A DNA stretch of 63,985 bases, counting the filler, from Hyphochytrium catenoides (taxonomy: Eukaryota; Protista; Hyphochytriomycota): the NCBI GenBank assembly GCA_900088475.1. It is 12 parts of 12 records of this genome, joined end to end, with 100 filler letters (N's around TTAATTAATTAA, not from the genome) between each part and the next. Parts side by side here need not be neighbours in the genome. Positions count along the whole stretch, not along the records: positions 22,229 to 31,673 come from FLMG01003456.1; positions 31,774 to 37,417 come from FLMG01001033.1; 10 more parts are not named here. The stretch is one strand, 5' to 3'. The notes beneath the pieces were generated by a model. The model was given only the letters and a program-made list of their open reading frames with translations. It had not been told where the DNA came from and did not search any database. The translations under genes were made by a program, and so were the position numbers. Positions 24,689 through 36,324 of the stretch are shown piece after piece. Every line of letters starts with the position of its first letter. Within the stretch, counting starts at the first letter, position 1.

Positions 24689-25094
24689 ACAGAGGGTAGT
24701 CTTCGCTTTTGCTCATCAATAGAGTGTTCAAATAAACCGCTCACCACTGCATCATGTGATCATGTGTGAGTCTTTTATAAGTAAGAATAATGATAAAAAT
24801 GCGTTTCTTAATAATGTTTGACAGTCGCTTCCAATCGCTGCTCCTGACCTCACCAATAGGTGTACGCGAAAACTCGATGTCATCGACTACTATTTCCAGG
24901 ATATGACGATGTAAATGGAGTTGACGACAAGCTAAGAAGTTAGCAGTAGAACTAGTAGTGACTCAGGAACGAGTAGAAGAAGAAAGCACTAAGTTCAATC
25001 TCTACATTTTTTTCTATTTCAATCCATAATGCGGAAGTGCGTGTGCCCCTTACTCGATAATCTCTCGAGAAGAGACGAAGGGGGAGCACTATTT

Positions 25095-27555
25095 GCCACG
25101 CTTTGTTTGTTGGTAAGCGTCTGCCAAGGTCTTGTTGTCTTCTACTGACCTGGACTTGCGGTCCAAGGCTAGCTTACGGGCTACTTCTCTCCCGCATGCG
25201 GGGGCTTTCTTTCGAGCTGCTCCTCTTCCTCCCTGGTTGCAGTCAAAGGTTTCATCCCTCATTGTGTTCCGGGTGATTTTGTGGCGTTTGCTTGGGATCC
25301 CTCTTGTGACTCCTCCCCTGTTTTCGTTTTTTCTTACCTGACTTGCTCTTCTTATCCAATGGATGTTCTTGTTTGGAGATCACGGCGGTATCTGTCGTCG
25401 TAGTGGTGGCGCTAATCAGCTTTATCGTCGTGTTCAGGCAGGACCTTGTCTTTCATGCTGGTCGGACTCTGGCCTCAAAGTTTCTCGAGAACCCCGCCAT
25501 TTTCTTCTGGCCGGGGTGAAATGTAAAACCGGGAGATTTGTTGGCTCGTGGCAGTTCCGTCCCTTATCAGCATACGGCCCTTGTTGATGTGTCTGTCACT
25601 GACTCCTCGCTGCAATCTAGAACCCTTCCTTATGCAGCCGTCGATGCCGGCTACCAAGGCCGGTTGTACGAAAAAGCGAAGCTGAAGAAATATGAGGTTC
25701 CTTGTATGGCTGAAGAGCTGCAGTTTGTCCCGCTAGTTTGGAAGTCTTGTGGGGAGGTTATGCCGGGCGTCGTTTACTGTGTGGGGCATCTGGTTAAGCT
25801 TCAGTGTGACGGCTCTGCTCTTGATGCTTCTTGACTGGCACCTTGGTCAATGGTCTCGCTTGCTTAGTGCTAGTAGCTTTAGGTCGTTTGTCTGGGAAGG
25901 CGAAGTTGAAGAAGTATTAAGAGGCACCCTGTCAGGGTGTAGGACTGCAATTTGTCCCACTGGTTTCGGAGTCTTTTGGGGGAGCTATGCCGGGCGTCGT
26001 TGATTGTGTAAGACATCTGGTGAAGCATCAAAGTGACCGCTCTGCTCTTGATGCTTCTCGGCATCTTGGTCAAGGGTCCCGTTTGGCCATGGTCCTACGC
26101 CTTCACACGAGAGTCTCTATTGCGATTCATGAGGAAAATGCTCTTCAGATATTGAAGCGTATTCCTCTTAAGCAGTTGGACCCTTCCCTTGCTTGCCTCG
26201 CGGCGTTTGAAGAAGATGATGATGACGACATTATTGTGGTTGATAATTCACCTCCTCCCCCTCCTCCTCCTTCTCCCCTAATTATCAGTGAGGAGATCAA
26301 CTATGATTCTTCCTTTACTGATGATGAGTGTGGAGGAGGTCAGGTTGAGGAGGTCGAGGCCAAGGCGTTTTGACTTTCCTTGTTTCTTTTCTTCTTCTTC
26401 TTCTTCTTCTTCCTCCTCTTCTCCTTCTTCTTTCTTCATCATTTACTTCTTCTTTTATTACTTCTTTGTAGTTATATTAGTAGTAAGGCCTTAGCTTTAG
26501 TTAGTAGAACAGTCATCTCCTTCCAGGTTCAAATCTGAAACGGGGAGACTTGTCGGTTCATGGCTCCTCGGACTCTTATCAGCACACGGCTTTCGATGTG
26601 TCCATCATGGACTCGCTGCAATCTAGAACCCTTTACTATGCAGCAGTCTATGCTGGCTATCGGGGCCGATTGTCTGAGTAAAGCGGAGGAAGAAGTATGA
26701 GGTTTCTCTTGTAAGGCTGTAGGGCTGCAGTTTATTCCGCTCGTCTGGGAGTTGCTTGGGGGAGCTGTGCAAGGCGTCGTTGATTGTGTGGGACAGATGG
26801 TGAAGCTTCAATGTGACCGCTCCGCTCTTGATGGTTCTCGGCATCTTGGTCCTTGGTCTCGCTTAGCTATGGGCTTACGCCTTCATACGCGAGTGTCTTC
26901 GGCCATTCACGAAGAAAATGCACTTCAAATCTTGAAGCACATTCCTCCTGAACAGCTGGACCCTTCTCTTGCTTGTCTCGCGACGGCTGAGCTCGACGGT
27001 GATGACATGGTTGCTGGTGATGACATGGTTGCTGGTGGTTCACCTCTTCCTCCTCCTTCTTCTCCGCTCATCATTACTGAGGAAATCAACTATGATTCTT
27101 CTTTTACTGATGATGAGCAGGGAGCAGGTCGAGCTGAGATGATGGAAGAGCCTATGGCTTCTTAGCCTTTCTTCTCCTCTTCTGCCTCTTCTTCTTCTTC
27201 ACTTTCTTCTTCTTCTAGAGTTAGTCTGTTAGTAGTGATAGTAGTAGTTTTCATTAAAAGAAACATGAAGAAGAAGAAGAGCCAAGAAACGCTAAAAAAT
27301 AAAACCTTGGTCTCGTCCTCAGCTCGATTCTGCTTCACGCTTATCATCAGTAAAGGAAGAATCATCGTTGATATCCTCAGTAATAATATCAAGGGGAGAG
27401 AAGAAGGAGGAGGAGGTGAACCATCAACCACAATGTCATCACCATCAAGCTCCACGCCGCGAGGCAAGCAAGAGAAGGGTCCAGCTGCTCAAGCGGCAAT
27501 ACGCTTCTTCAGACTCTGAAAGAGCATTTTCTTCTTGAATCGCCAGAGAGGCTCT
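25095..27555 (+). mobile_element. Cluster of four degenerate 3' fragments of a CRE-like non-LTR retrotransposon (Zn finger plus restriction-like endonuclease); the last is inverted
   Basis: LRATSLPHAGAFFRAAP..RLLGIP..FGDHGGIC..SREP..GD..VDVSVT..EKAKLKKY..FVPLV, followed by an acidic/Pro-rich tail and TTC repeats. Copies at ~25095-25865, 25870-26490, 26525-27250 (+) and 27265-27555 (-). Confidence 0.78.
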
Positions 27556-29074
27556 CATGTGAATCCGTTCAACGGCGAGAGAGAACGAGAGTGAGAGACA
27601 TTGGTCACAAAAGAGTAGAAGACCACCAGACGGGTGAGATAGAAACAGAAGAGGTTTATTAGAACAACCGCTGTTTGAGATGAGACCCTTATCAGCATAT
27701 TTTCAGGATGCACACTTCTCCCTCCGAGGTTGCTATTGTAGCCCTTGCCCTTGACGAGAGAGCAGCATCTAGACATTCAAGGCGTGTTTGCCCACTCAGG
27801 TGACTTACGATGCCGCTACCCCAAACCAGTAGTTGTAGGCTCCATCATTGAGAAGCCTTATTGAACGCGTACGTCGTACTCAGACTTCTGAATCAGTTTA
27901 GGAAGTTAACTCAGACGTAGACTAAGGAGCGAGGATCCTATCTTAGTATTCTATACAAAGGCCACTTTTTGCCTGCAATACTCTATGCCTCTACTAGTCG
28001 GTTCGGCATGATAACGTGGGATGATAAGAAGGAAATAAATAGCCTTTCCTCGGCCTCAGGCAGAACCGTCCTCATCTTATGCCTGTCGCCTTTCTCAGGC
28101 CTCAGTTTCTCAGCAGCCTCAGGTGGTTGCCCTTATAAAATACTGTGCGGAAAGTAAAAATCCCTAGGCATGATCTCGCGTAGCCCGTCTTAGTCCGCTT
28201 TAGAACTTACGTTACTGATGGAGCGTCCTGATGTCATGCATGTACCACTTTGAACTTTGCTTTTGTGAGCCTCACCTTGTGATGTCCCCATCCTCCCGGC
28301 CTTCTTATAATTAGCTTACAAGTACGACACATCGTGTACTACTGTTGCATGCTGGTCCCATAGACTGAAGCAGAAGACGATGCGTACTTTGGCAGGAGAC
28401 TGATGTTTCTTTTCAAGTAGAGTATGCTTGAACTACCTTCAAAGTATTTTTACTCTACTCAGTAGTGGTTCCAAGCCTGATCCTACCCTTGATGAGAGTT
28501 CAGGCCGAAGAAACTTCCTCATCAGAAAAGATCTCTTGGACGGTACCGCGTTGGCTCTGACAACAAATGAGACGAAGGGAGCTATTTATCCTCCTTCAGA
28601 GCAGTCGAATGGACACCCTTCGCCTTGTCCCTCGCGTTAGCCCTGCTTAGGGTTAGGGTTGGGACCTTGTCTCAACCGGTCAATGTATAAACGAAACGTT
28701 ATTACAAGGACAATGACTAAAAACCGCAAAAGGAGTAAGCGCGCCAATCACCTTGCTTGCAGCAGAGCCTCACTCCCTCCTCCGCAGTGAATCTGCTCCA
28801 CCGTTCTCATCTCGTTCTCCGTGCCACCGCTCAAGCGTGTCAGCCTCGCTCGGGTCATCAACAGCTTTCGTTCATTCTGCAATTTGCCTCAACCTCCAAG
28901 AACCCAACTAAACGCGAGAAAACAACAGAAGCTCCAGACGTCCAGGGCCAAGTAAACAGGTGCCTCGTATAGAGCTGCCGTCCAACGATCTCAGACGGAT
29001 TACTTCCGGCTAAAAACACTCTCAAACCTGCACGACGAGCTCACTCAAGGTGTCTACCAACAAAAGCACCTAAG

Positions 29075-29920
29075 ATGACTACTTGGTCCCAATCCTTCAT
29101 CAAAGCCATCGCCATCGCTGTATTAGCGCTGGGCTCCAGTGTCTGTGCTCAAGGGGATGATTTGGACTTAAAGTTTGAGAAACTATATCCTTCCGCTAGG
29201 ATAGACGGCACCCCTTGGGTTGGCCAGACTCTTATCGTGAATCGTAATACCTGGGTGCTGCGCTACAAAAAGCCATGGAAGTATCCTGAAGGTACCACAA
29301 CGTATGAGTGGCTCAGCTGCGACATGAAAGGGGAGCACTGTGTCCTCGCTAAGGGCAAACGCTCCGGCTGCCCGTCCAAAGGATCATGCACTCCCTTTCC
29401 GGGGGAGGGTGGTCTCAGCCACACCTACGTCAACCACGAGTCAGACGTTGGACGTACCATTAAGGCACGTGTTCGCGTGTACAATGGGACGGCCAAGATC
29501 GTCGACTTCTTGTCTAGGCAATCGTGGGAATTTATTCAACCCCAAGGCTGGATATATAACCCTACACCTTCGCCAACGCTGTATTTGGTCTCTCCCACTG
29601 CCTTGAACAAAGATCTCGTCTCTACGCTGCCCAATGCCACGAAGTCAACAGCATCCAACATGCTCTTCCGCTTCCTGGTGGGAACTGATTACTATACTCA
29701 GGTGAAGGTGCAGCTCGACGGTGTTGACAGGCCGGCAAAGTTCAACCAAACTAGTGATCAAGGCACTTTCGTCGGTGAATTTCGAGCGACTAATCTCAAG
29801 CCTGGGCCTCACAGCGTCAAGCTGATTGCTACGTCGAGCGGAGGTACCTCGGAAACTTCTTATAACTGGACGGTCGTGAAAGCGAAGAGGAACCTTCTCC
29901 GAACTGAGTCGGAGCAGTAA
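29075..29920 (+). CDS. Secreted protein with two bacterial-type Ig-like domains, intronless, 281 aa
   Basis: Signal peptide AIAIAVLALGSSVCA. Domain 1: IDGTPWVGQTL..TYEWLSCD..C..TY..SDVGRTIKARVRVYN. Domain 2: FRF..VQLDG..NLKPGPHSVKLIAT..SYNWTV. Confidence 0.8.
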   Translation: MTTWSQSFIKAIAIAVLALGSSVCAQGDDLDLKFEKLYPSARIDGTPWVGQTLIVNRNTWVLRYKKPWKYPEGTTTYEWLSCDMKGEHCVLAKGKRSGCPSKGSCTPFPGEGGLSHTYVNHESDVGRTIKARVRVYNGTAKIVDFLSRQSWEFIQPQGWIYNPTPSPTLYLVSPTALNKDLVSTLPNATKSTASNMLFRFLVGTDYYTQVKVQLDGVDRPAKFNQTSDQGTFVGEFRATNLKPGPHSVKLIATSSGGTSETSYNWTVVKAKRNLLRTESEQ

Positions 29921-30996
29921 ACAGAGGGTAGTCTTTCCCTTTTGCTAAATAAAGTGTACAATACGCCGTTCACCAATGAACCTGGTGTGAGTCTTTTTAT
30001 AAAAATAATGACAAGAATGCGTTTCCTAGTTGATGAGAGTCGTTTTCTATCGCTGCTCCTGACCTCACGGACAGGCCTTCGCGGACCCCGATATCATCGG
30101 CTAAAGTTCCAAGGAGAAGAGAGACCTTCTTGTGCGTCAAAATCCATCTAAGAACAAGAAGGTGGGGGAAAGAGAGGAAAAGAAAGAAAAAGAGAAACAG
30201 AAGGAGCGAGAGAGCAAGCGAGAGAGACAGTGAGAAAGAGAGAGAGAGGAAGAGAAAGAAAGAGAGAGAGAGGGAAAGAGAAGAGAAAAGAGAGCGAGCG
30301 AGAAGGGGAGAGAAAGTGGAGGAGAGAGTCAGCTGTCCTAAGGCCTACAGGGCAGCAACGGCAGTGATGCCTTTCAATGCGGTTGCCTTGGCAACATACT
30401 CCGGAGTAAGTTGTTTCCCTAATAGCGGAGCTATGCACAGAGGTCTGCAGAAGAAGAAGGCGATAAACCAGGCTAAAGCGGGCGCTGAGTCTAAGATGAG
30501 GACATGCTCTACTGGGTGATGATGAGGATAGTGCTGTCCTACAGACCTACAGAGTGACGAAGAGATTTTCCCCTAAAGAAGAGATCACTGAAGAGCCTCC
30601 TAGAAGACAGAGAAGAAGTAATGCGGGAGCACTAATGAAGATACTAGCAGTACGGGTAGTAGTAGGAAAGGTGATATGGGGAGCGATGCAGAAGAGATCG
30701 TCACCTGATCGTTCTTCCAGTCTGGTGACCTTCTGACAAAATAACAGACAACACAAAGAGAGAGTGAGAGAGAGACACACAGAGAGAGAGACAGACAGGC
30801 ATAGCGAGAGAGAGAGAGAGAGAGGGAGAGGGGGACACACAGAGAGAGGGAGAGACAGACAGGTATAGAGAGCGAGAGAGCGAGAGAGAGACACACACAG
30901 AGAGACAGACAGAAGTAGAGAGTGTCACAGAGAGAGACACACACAAACGGAGAGAGACAGAGAGAAGTAGAGAGAGAGAGAGACAGACAGACTGAC

Positions 30997-31029
<33 letters not shown>

Positions 31030-31401
31030 CGAGAGGAAGGACGCTACGCCTCATTATTTAAAAAAGGATTAAGTACCTTCACTCAAAGTAGCTGCTAACG
31101 CTGCTGCTTGAGCACTTTCCGAAGGGTTGGATCAGAATCAACTTTCATGCGTCCATCGTCCTGCTGAAGACTCTCCCAGAATGCGGGCAAGCTGGATGCT
31201 TGGTAAGATCCCTGGGGTTATGTCAGGGAGTACTTTGGCACCACAGTACTTATGGAAGTCAGCTGGAGTTGTTGGGAGATGGGGCAAATGGGTAGGATCC
31301 AGTCAATCTACTTGTTGAGATTATGATCAACAAAAAGAAGAGAGAGAAACAGAGAGAGACAGAGAGAGAGACGGAGACAGAGAGAGTGTGAAGAAAAGAA
31401 A

Positions 31402-31490
<89 letters not shown>

Positions 31491-31773
31491 AGGGGGAAGG
31501 GGGCGGTTGTTAGGAAGAGTGAGAGAGTGAGAAGATAGACTAAGGCGACGGACAGACAGAGACGAAGAAAGGACATTTACTACGAAACACACTCCTTCCC
31601 CCATCAAGTGTCAAGACCGAAGAAAGAAACTCAGACGAGCAGGACGCAGCCTCCAGGAAGCTATTCTTATAGCNNNNNNNNNNNNNNNNNNNNNNNNNNN
31701 NNNNNNNNNNNNNNNNNTTAATTAATTAANNNNNNNNNNNNNNNNNNNNNNNNNNNNNNNNNNNNNNNNNNNN

Positions 31774-33605
31774 TGAGGAGATATCAGGAGATCCTTGGCT
31801 CCCGTCAACATGATGAAGAGATTCAGTTCATCGAGATAAGCCTCCATTTTCAATCGCCAAACAGGGTAGTCCTCCATCCCTTGTAGCTTTGATATCGTAA
31901 TCAGGAAAGAGCTCATTATGTTGATGATTCTGGGGGCTTGAAATATGTCTTGATGATGAGAATGGAAAGAGAAATGGACAATAATTGCGAGCCCGAAGGG
32001 TGAGCCTCAATTTCAACCCACAGGGGGCTTCAGCACAAATGGACTTTTTCGTGCTGTCTGTGTGTCTGTGTGTGTGTTTGTGATCAAAATTTCACTATTT
32101 ATATTTTCATTAATCACTGTTTTGGTTTTTCTTTGGGTTGGCTCTTTGTGTACTTTGGTGATATGAAAGGGTCAGAGAAAAAGCGAAAGGGTTTTTATGA
32201 ACATAACTCGAATTTGTAACGCGAGACGTATCACCATAACCCGAGACACATCGCGTGCGTCCACGCGAATGTTATACCTGTACCCTCAAATTACCTGAGA
32301 CGCATTACCTATAGTCCTGTATTCTTAGCTGTAGGAGCTGAGGGTGGAGGTGACATGTCACGCGACTCCTGCAGCAGTCAAGAGTTGAGAAAGTTTCGCC
32401 ACTCACTCACTCACTCACTCACTCACTACTCTGCTGTAGGAAGCGTGGGTGAACGAGTAGGGAGATCCTTTAGAGAGTCTACCTAGGAACTACAGATAGA
32501 ACTAGTTCTCAGTTCTACAGTAGTTCTTCTACATGTAGAAGGAATGAAGAGTTCTTGGTGTTATTATCTGTACAACTATTTCAGTGATCCAAGCAACTTC
32601 CACTAATAATACAGCCGAAGGCTGGATTACGCACTAGGAACGTCGGGCGAGCCCTAGGCGAAGCCTAAAGCTATTGATAGTAGACTTTGTGTTCGTAGGA
32701 TTTGATGTTCTTCTTGCCTTGATAAATGGGACGATATCTCCAAAACGAGGCGGTTTTAGAAGAAAATAATGGCACCAATGAACCCAGCGATGCCGATTTA
32801 CCCCCTTTCACTCTTTGAAAGCTCCAAAAAGGGGTGATTTTGGGCCGAAATCGTGCTTGAAATTTTCCCTTTGGAAAGTGCTCGTATGGTTGAAATTTTC
32901 GGTGGAAGGGTTGAAATTTATACCGAAATTTTGGATGAAACTTTTCAATGCTTGCAATTTTCCGTTGAAGTTTTCACGGAAATATTTCCGAAAGTTTCAA
33001 AGGAACTGGATTGACGGTAGCGGCTATAAAACCGTACTGGTAGCCGGTACTGGCTAGTTGTTTTGTAACCCGGCGGGACCGGGTAGCCGTTACTGCCCAG
33101 TGGAGCTCGTTGGCTGCTCCAGGGGGCCGACTTGATCTTGGTCTCGGTCGGGATCGGAACGGTCCAGTGGTTGGCTGAGACGCCTCAGAACAAGTTTCCG
33201 AGTCCTGGGGGACGCGTGGGCCCATAACTTGTTGGATTTGTATGGGATGATTGGACAATGTCATTAGGTGAGAGTGCTCGACTTATAAGCCCAACTGGGG
33301 TCCCATAAACTAGAGCTATTCTGACTATGCCAACTATTTCTAATAAACCCTAAGATATTCAGTCATAGAGAAATCCCTGTCTAGAACAGTCTGTCCTGAA
33401 GGTATTCCGGGGTACTGACCATAAGCCATATATAAACAGGGACATTTCGTTTGCTTCATATCTCGGCTTCTACTGGGAGTTTAGATCTGAAACTTGGGTA
33501 GTTAAGCTTGCTAGCTTGTAGTCCACATAGCTGTGCCCTCAGACTCCAACACCTCCCCGCAGCTCGAACTCCGTCTTGTGAAGGGTCGAAGCTGAACATT
33601 CAACA
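31774..33605 (-). mobile_element. Ty1/copia element A, 5' part: long LTR 33230-33605, PBS 33213-33229, gag start at 31916
   Basis: TGTTG..CAACA LTR; PBS AGTTATGGGCCCACGCG; gag ISKLQGMEDYPVWRLKMEAYLDE. Inserted into the 3' LTR of element B. Confidence 0.88.
31983..32090 (+). mobile_element. Possible Helentron/HINE-like element end inside the leader of element A
   Basis: AATTGCGAGCCCGAAGGG hairpin followed by a (GTCT/GT)n microsatellite; the same motif recurs at ~32645 and 37389-37417. Confidence 0.35.
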
Positions 33606-35040
33606 TGTACTTCTGACAACGAACATTGTAGCACTCAACACTATGTCCCTGAGAGCTAGGTGTGTATAGAGAGTGACTCCTGGACTACTGACAACGAACA
33701 TTGTAGCACTCAACACGCCCCCTCATGCCTAGCTTCTCGGGACCATCAGTGGTGAGGGTCGAATTAACTCACCTAATTGTCGGTCTCACCCACTCTCTCC
33801 CCCTCAGACGAAGCTAGGTGGGTAGTGGCAAGGGTACTGACACTAGGAGGGAGCACTCCAAGGTGAGGACGCAGTGTCGGAAAGAGAGGAGCAGGTAAAG
33901 GCTTCTTGGTGAGGCAATCGGCTACCATAGCTGTAGAGGGAGTATAGACCAGCTTTATTTTCCCATTGGCGACCTTCTCTTGCAGGACACAGTGCTTGAC
34001 ATCTAAAGTCTTTGACTTTGGTCGTGAAGAGGAGCAGAGGACAATTGCGCTTTGGTTGTCCTGATTAATAGGGATGGGCAGCTGGTTGGAGAAGCCAACC
34101 TCGCCAAGGAACACACTGGAGTGCTCTGCGACCTGGCTTGCGGACCAAAGAGAGACGCACTCCCGCTTCCGTGGTTGACGACGCTCTGAGAGATTGTTTC
34201 TTTGACTTCCATGCAAAAGCACCGCCGTTGAGGCTCAAGAAATAGCCTGTGATAGACTTGCGGTCAGCTGGGTCACTCGCCCAATCAGCATCAGCCTGGA
34301 CACAGAGTTGAATAATAGGGGTATCTCCCCCTAGTAGACACAAGGAGGAGGAGTCTTGGGTGGCCTTCAGGTAGGTGAAGATACGTTTGACAGCCTCCCA
34401 GTGAACGTGGCGGAAGGTAGTGACGTGTTGGCTCACAGCTTGTACCGCATAAGCGATATCGGGCCGCGTGCACACCATGACGTACAGCAAGGAACCTACT
34501 GCTTGACGATAAGGGGTGCGAGCCAACGGTCAGCGCCATCATCAAAAAGAGGAATGGTAGAAGCTTTGGGCAAGTACGTCTTAGGCACCGCTGGGATAGG
34601 AGTGGGGTAGGCATCAAGTAGGTTGAAGCGCTCCAAGATCTCGGTAATATACTTCGACCGTCGAAGGTATATCTTCCTAGCAGCTCGATCCCGCTTTACT
34701 TGGATGCCCAAGTAGTACTCTAACTCCCCCAGATCGGTGATGGAGAAACGAGCAGACAGCATAGTCTTGAGACCTGCAATTTGCTCGGTGGTGGGAGCAA
34801 AGAGGAGCATGTCATCAACCAAGACGCCGGCAATCTCAAGGTCCTCAGGTCTCGAAGAGTGGCGCTGGACGTATACCCCAAAGTCACAAACGCTTTCCTG
34901 GAACCCTTGCTCAATCAGATAATGGTGCAGCGTGTCATTCCACATCTTGGGGCTCTGGCGGAGACCATATATCGACTTCTCCAACCTCCAGACGTGATCT
35001 TCTTGTCCAGGGGTTGCAAAGCCCGGTGGTTGAACGCATG
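33606..35040 (-). mobile_element. Ty1/copia element B, 3' part: frameshifted RT-RNaseH, PPT, partial 3' LTR (33606-33715)
   Basis: LEKSIYGLRQSPKMWN, VLVDDML, PYRQAVGSLLYVMVCTRPDIAY, ADADWASDPADRKSITGY, QDNQSAI, MVADCLTK; PPT TGAGGGGGCG at 33716-33725. Confidence 0.92.
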
Positions 35041-35495
35041 TGCTATAATGTATGGGATTTGAAGACACTCTTATTTAGGTTATGTGGTCTACTGATATGC
35101 TCGAAGTGAGTATGAAGAGCTTATGGGACCCTGTTTCTAGCTATCACGTTGTCTGGTTGTTCCGGAGAGTAACTGTGACTCGTATAAACTACTAGACCCA
35201 GTTACTACTTCTTGACGTCATATGATGACTTACCTGATGATAAATAACCTAGTTATCATAACTCTGAAACACTTTGTTTTGTGCCTTCTTCCTCTTGTCA
35301 GATAGAGTCTGGAACTGTGAGCCTTTTAGAGCTCTGCTCTCAACACCTCCCCGCAGGTCCAGACTTCCTGAGTGTCCGTCGGCCTCCGCCTTCCCTTGTG
35401 GAACTGTAATTGACGTTGAAACCAAAAAGTGTACAGCGGACGACGCAGAGGGGAAGAACCCCTGGTATATAAACGAAAACGGAGATTAGTCAAGT

Positions 35496-35585
35496 GTACG
35501 TTTGGTGTATGGTGCATACTGGTTAGGGTGTCGGCATCAAAGACAGAGGTCCTGGGTTCGAATCCCGGAGCGTACAAAACTTTTC
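35496..35585 (+). ncRNA. tRNA-like Pol III cassette, antisense in the 3' UTR of copia C
   Basis: 7-bp acceptor stem GTACGTT/AGCGTAC, D-arm, T-arm CTGGG-TTCGAAT-CCCGG, then TTTTT at 35581-35585. The anticodon arm is expanded and irregular. Confidence 0.75.
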
Positions 35586-36324
35586 CCCGGTATATCTAGA
35601 CACCCCAATATTAATTTAAGTGCTCACCATCCAATGATAAAATCTAACAGTCCTCCCCAGAAAGTAGACTTTGTCTTACGACGGATGTGGACGGGACAAT
35701 CCCGGGTTGCGGAAGAAGTTCTCGGAACTGAGGTGTTGGTAACGCCTTCGTGAGAATGTCAGCAGTCATCTTCTTGGTTGGACAGTGTTGCAATTCCAAG
35801 ACTTTGCGATTCACCTGGTCTCTAACTACACAGTGTTTGACATCAATATATATCGATTTTGGTCTCGGCATCTCGCAGACTGTTACTGTGCTCTTGTTGT
35901 TGTCTTGATGTGCGAGGATGGGTCTACTCAGTGGATACTGAAGCTCCTGTAAGAAATAAGAGATGTGTTCTGCATGGTTGGCTCCGGTCCACAGTGAGAT
36001 GCACTCAGCTTCAGTGGTTGAAGAAGCCACTATGTCTTGCTTCTTAGCCTTCCACTGGAAACACCAGTCCCCAGTGTAAGAAAGTAGCCTGAAATGGATT
36101 TTCTGTCCATAGGATCATTTGCCCAGTCGCATCTGCAAAGAGTTGTAGTGTTGGACTCTGATTGATGATGTCTGGGGTTGCTTCTCCTCCTAGACATAAG
36201 AAGTAGTCTGGAGTCCCTTTCAGGTATCTCAGTATCCACTTCACAGCGGTCCAGTGAGTCTGTCTATAGTTAGTCATATGCTGGCTAACCGATTGTACCG
36301 CGAAGGCTATATCGGCCTGGAGGC

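Larger units (their letters stand above)
23259..30110 (+). repeat. Local segmental duplication: ~23259-24900 vs ~28445-30110
   Basis: The copies share upstream sequence (TATTTTTACTCTACTCAG..), the CDS and the 3' flank (CGCTGCTCCTGACCTCAC). Confidence 0.85.

Noticed and set aside
27558-27775. TG..CA segment as a solo LTR
   Set aside because: No TSD and no second copy in the window.
28647-28662. TTAGGG telomere-like repeats (also ~44606)
   Set aside because: Only 2-3 units; could arise by chance.
35496-35576. Functional tRNA-Pro, tRNA-Sec or suppressor tRNA
   Set aside because: No register gives a 5-bp anticodon stem with U33; kept only as tRNA-like.
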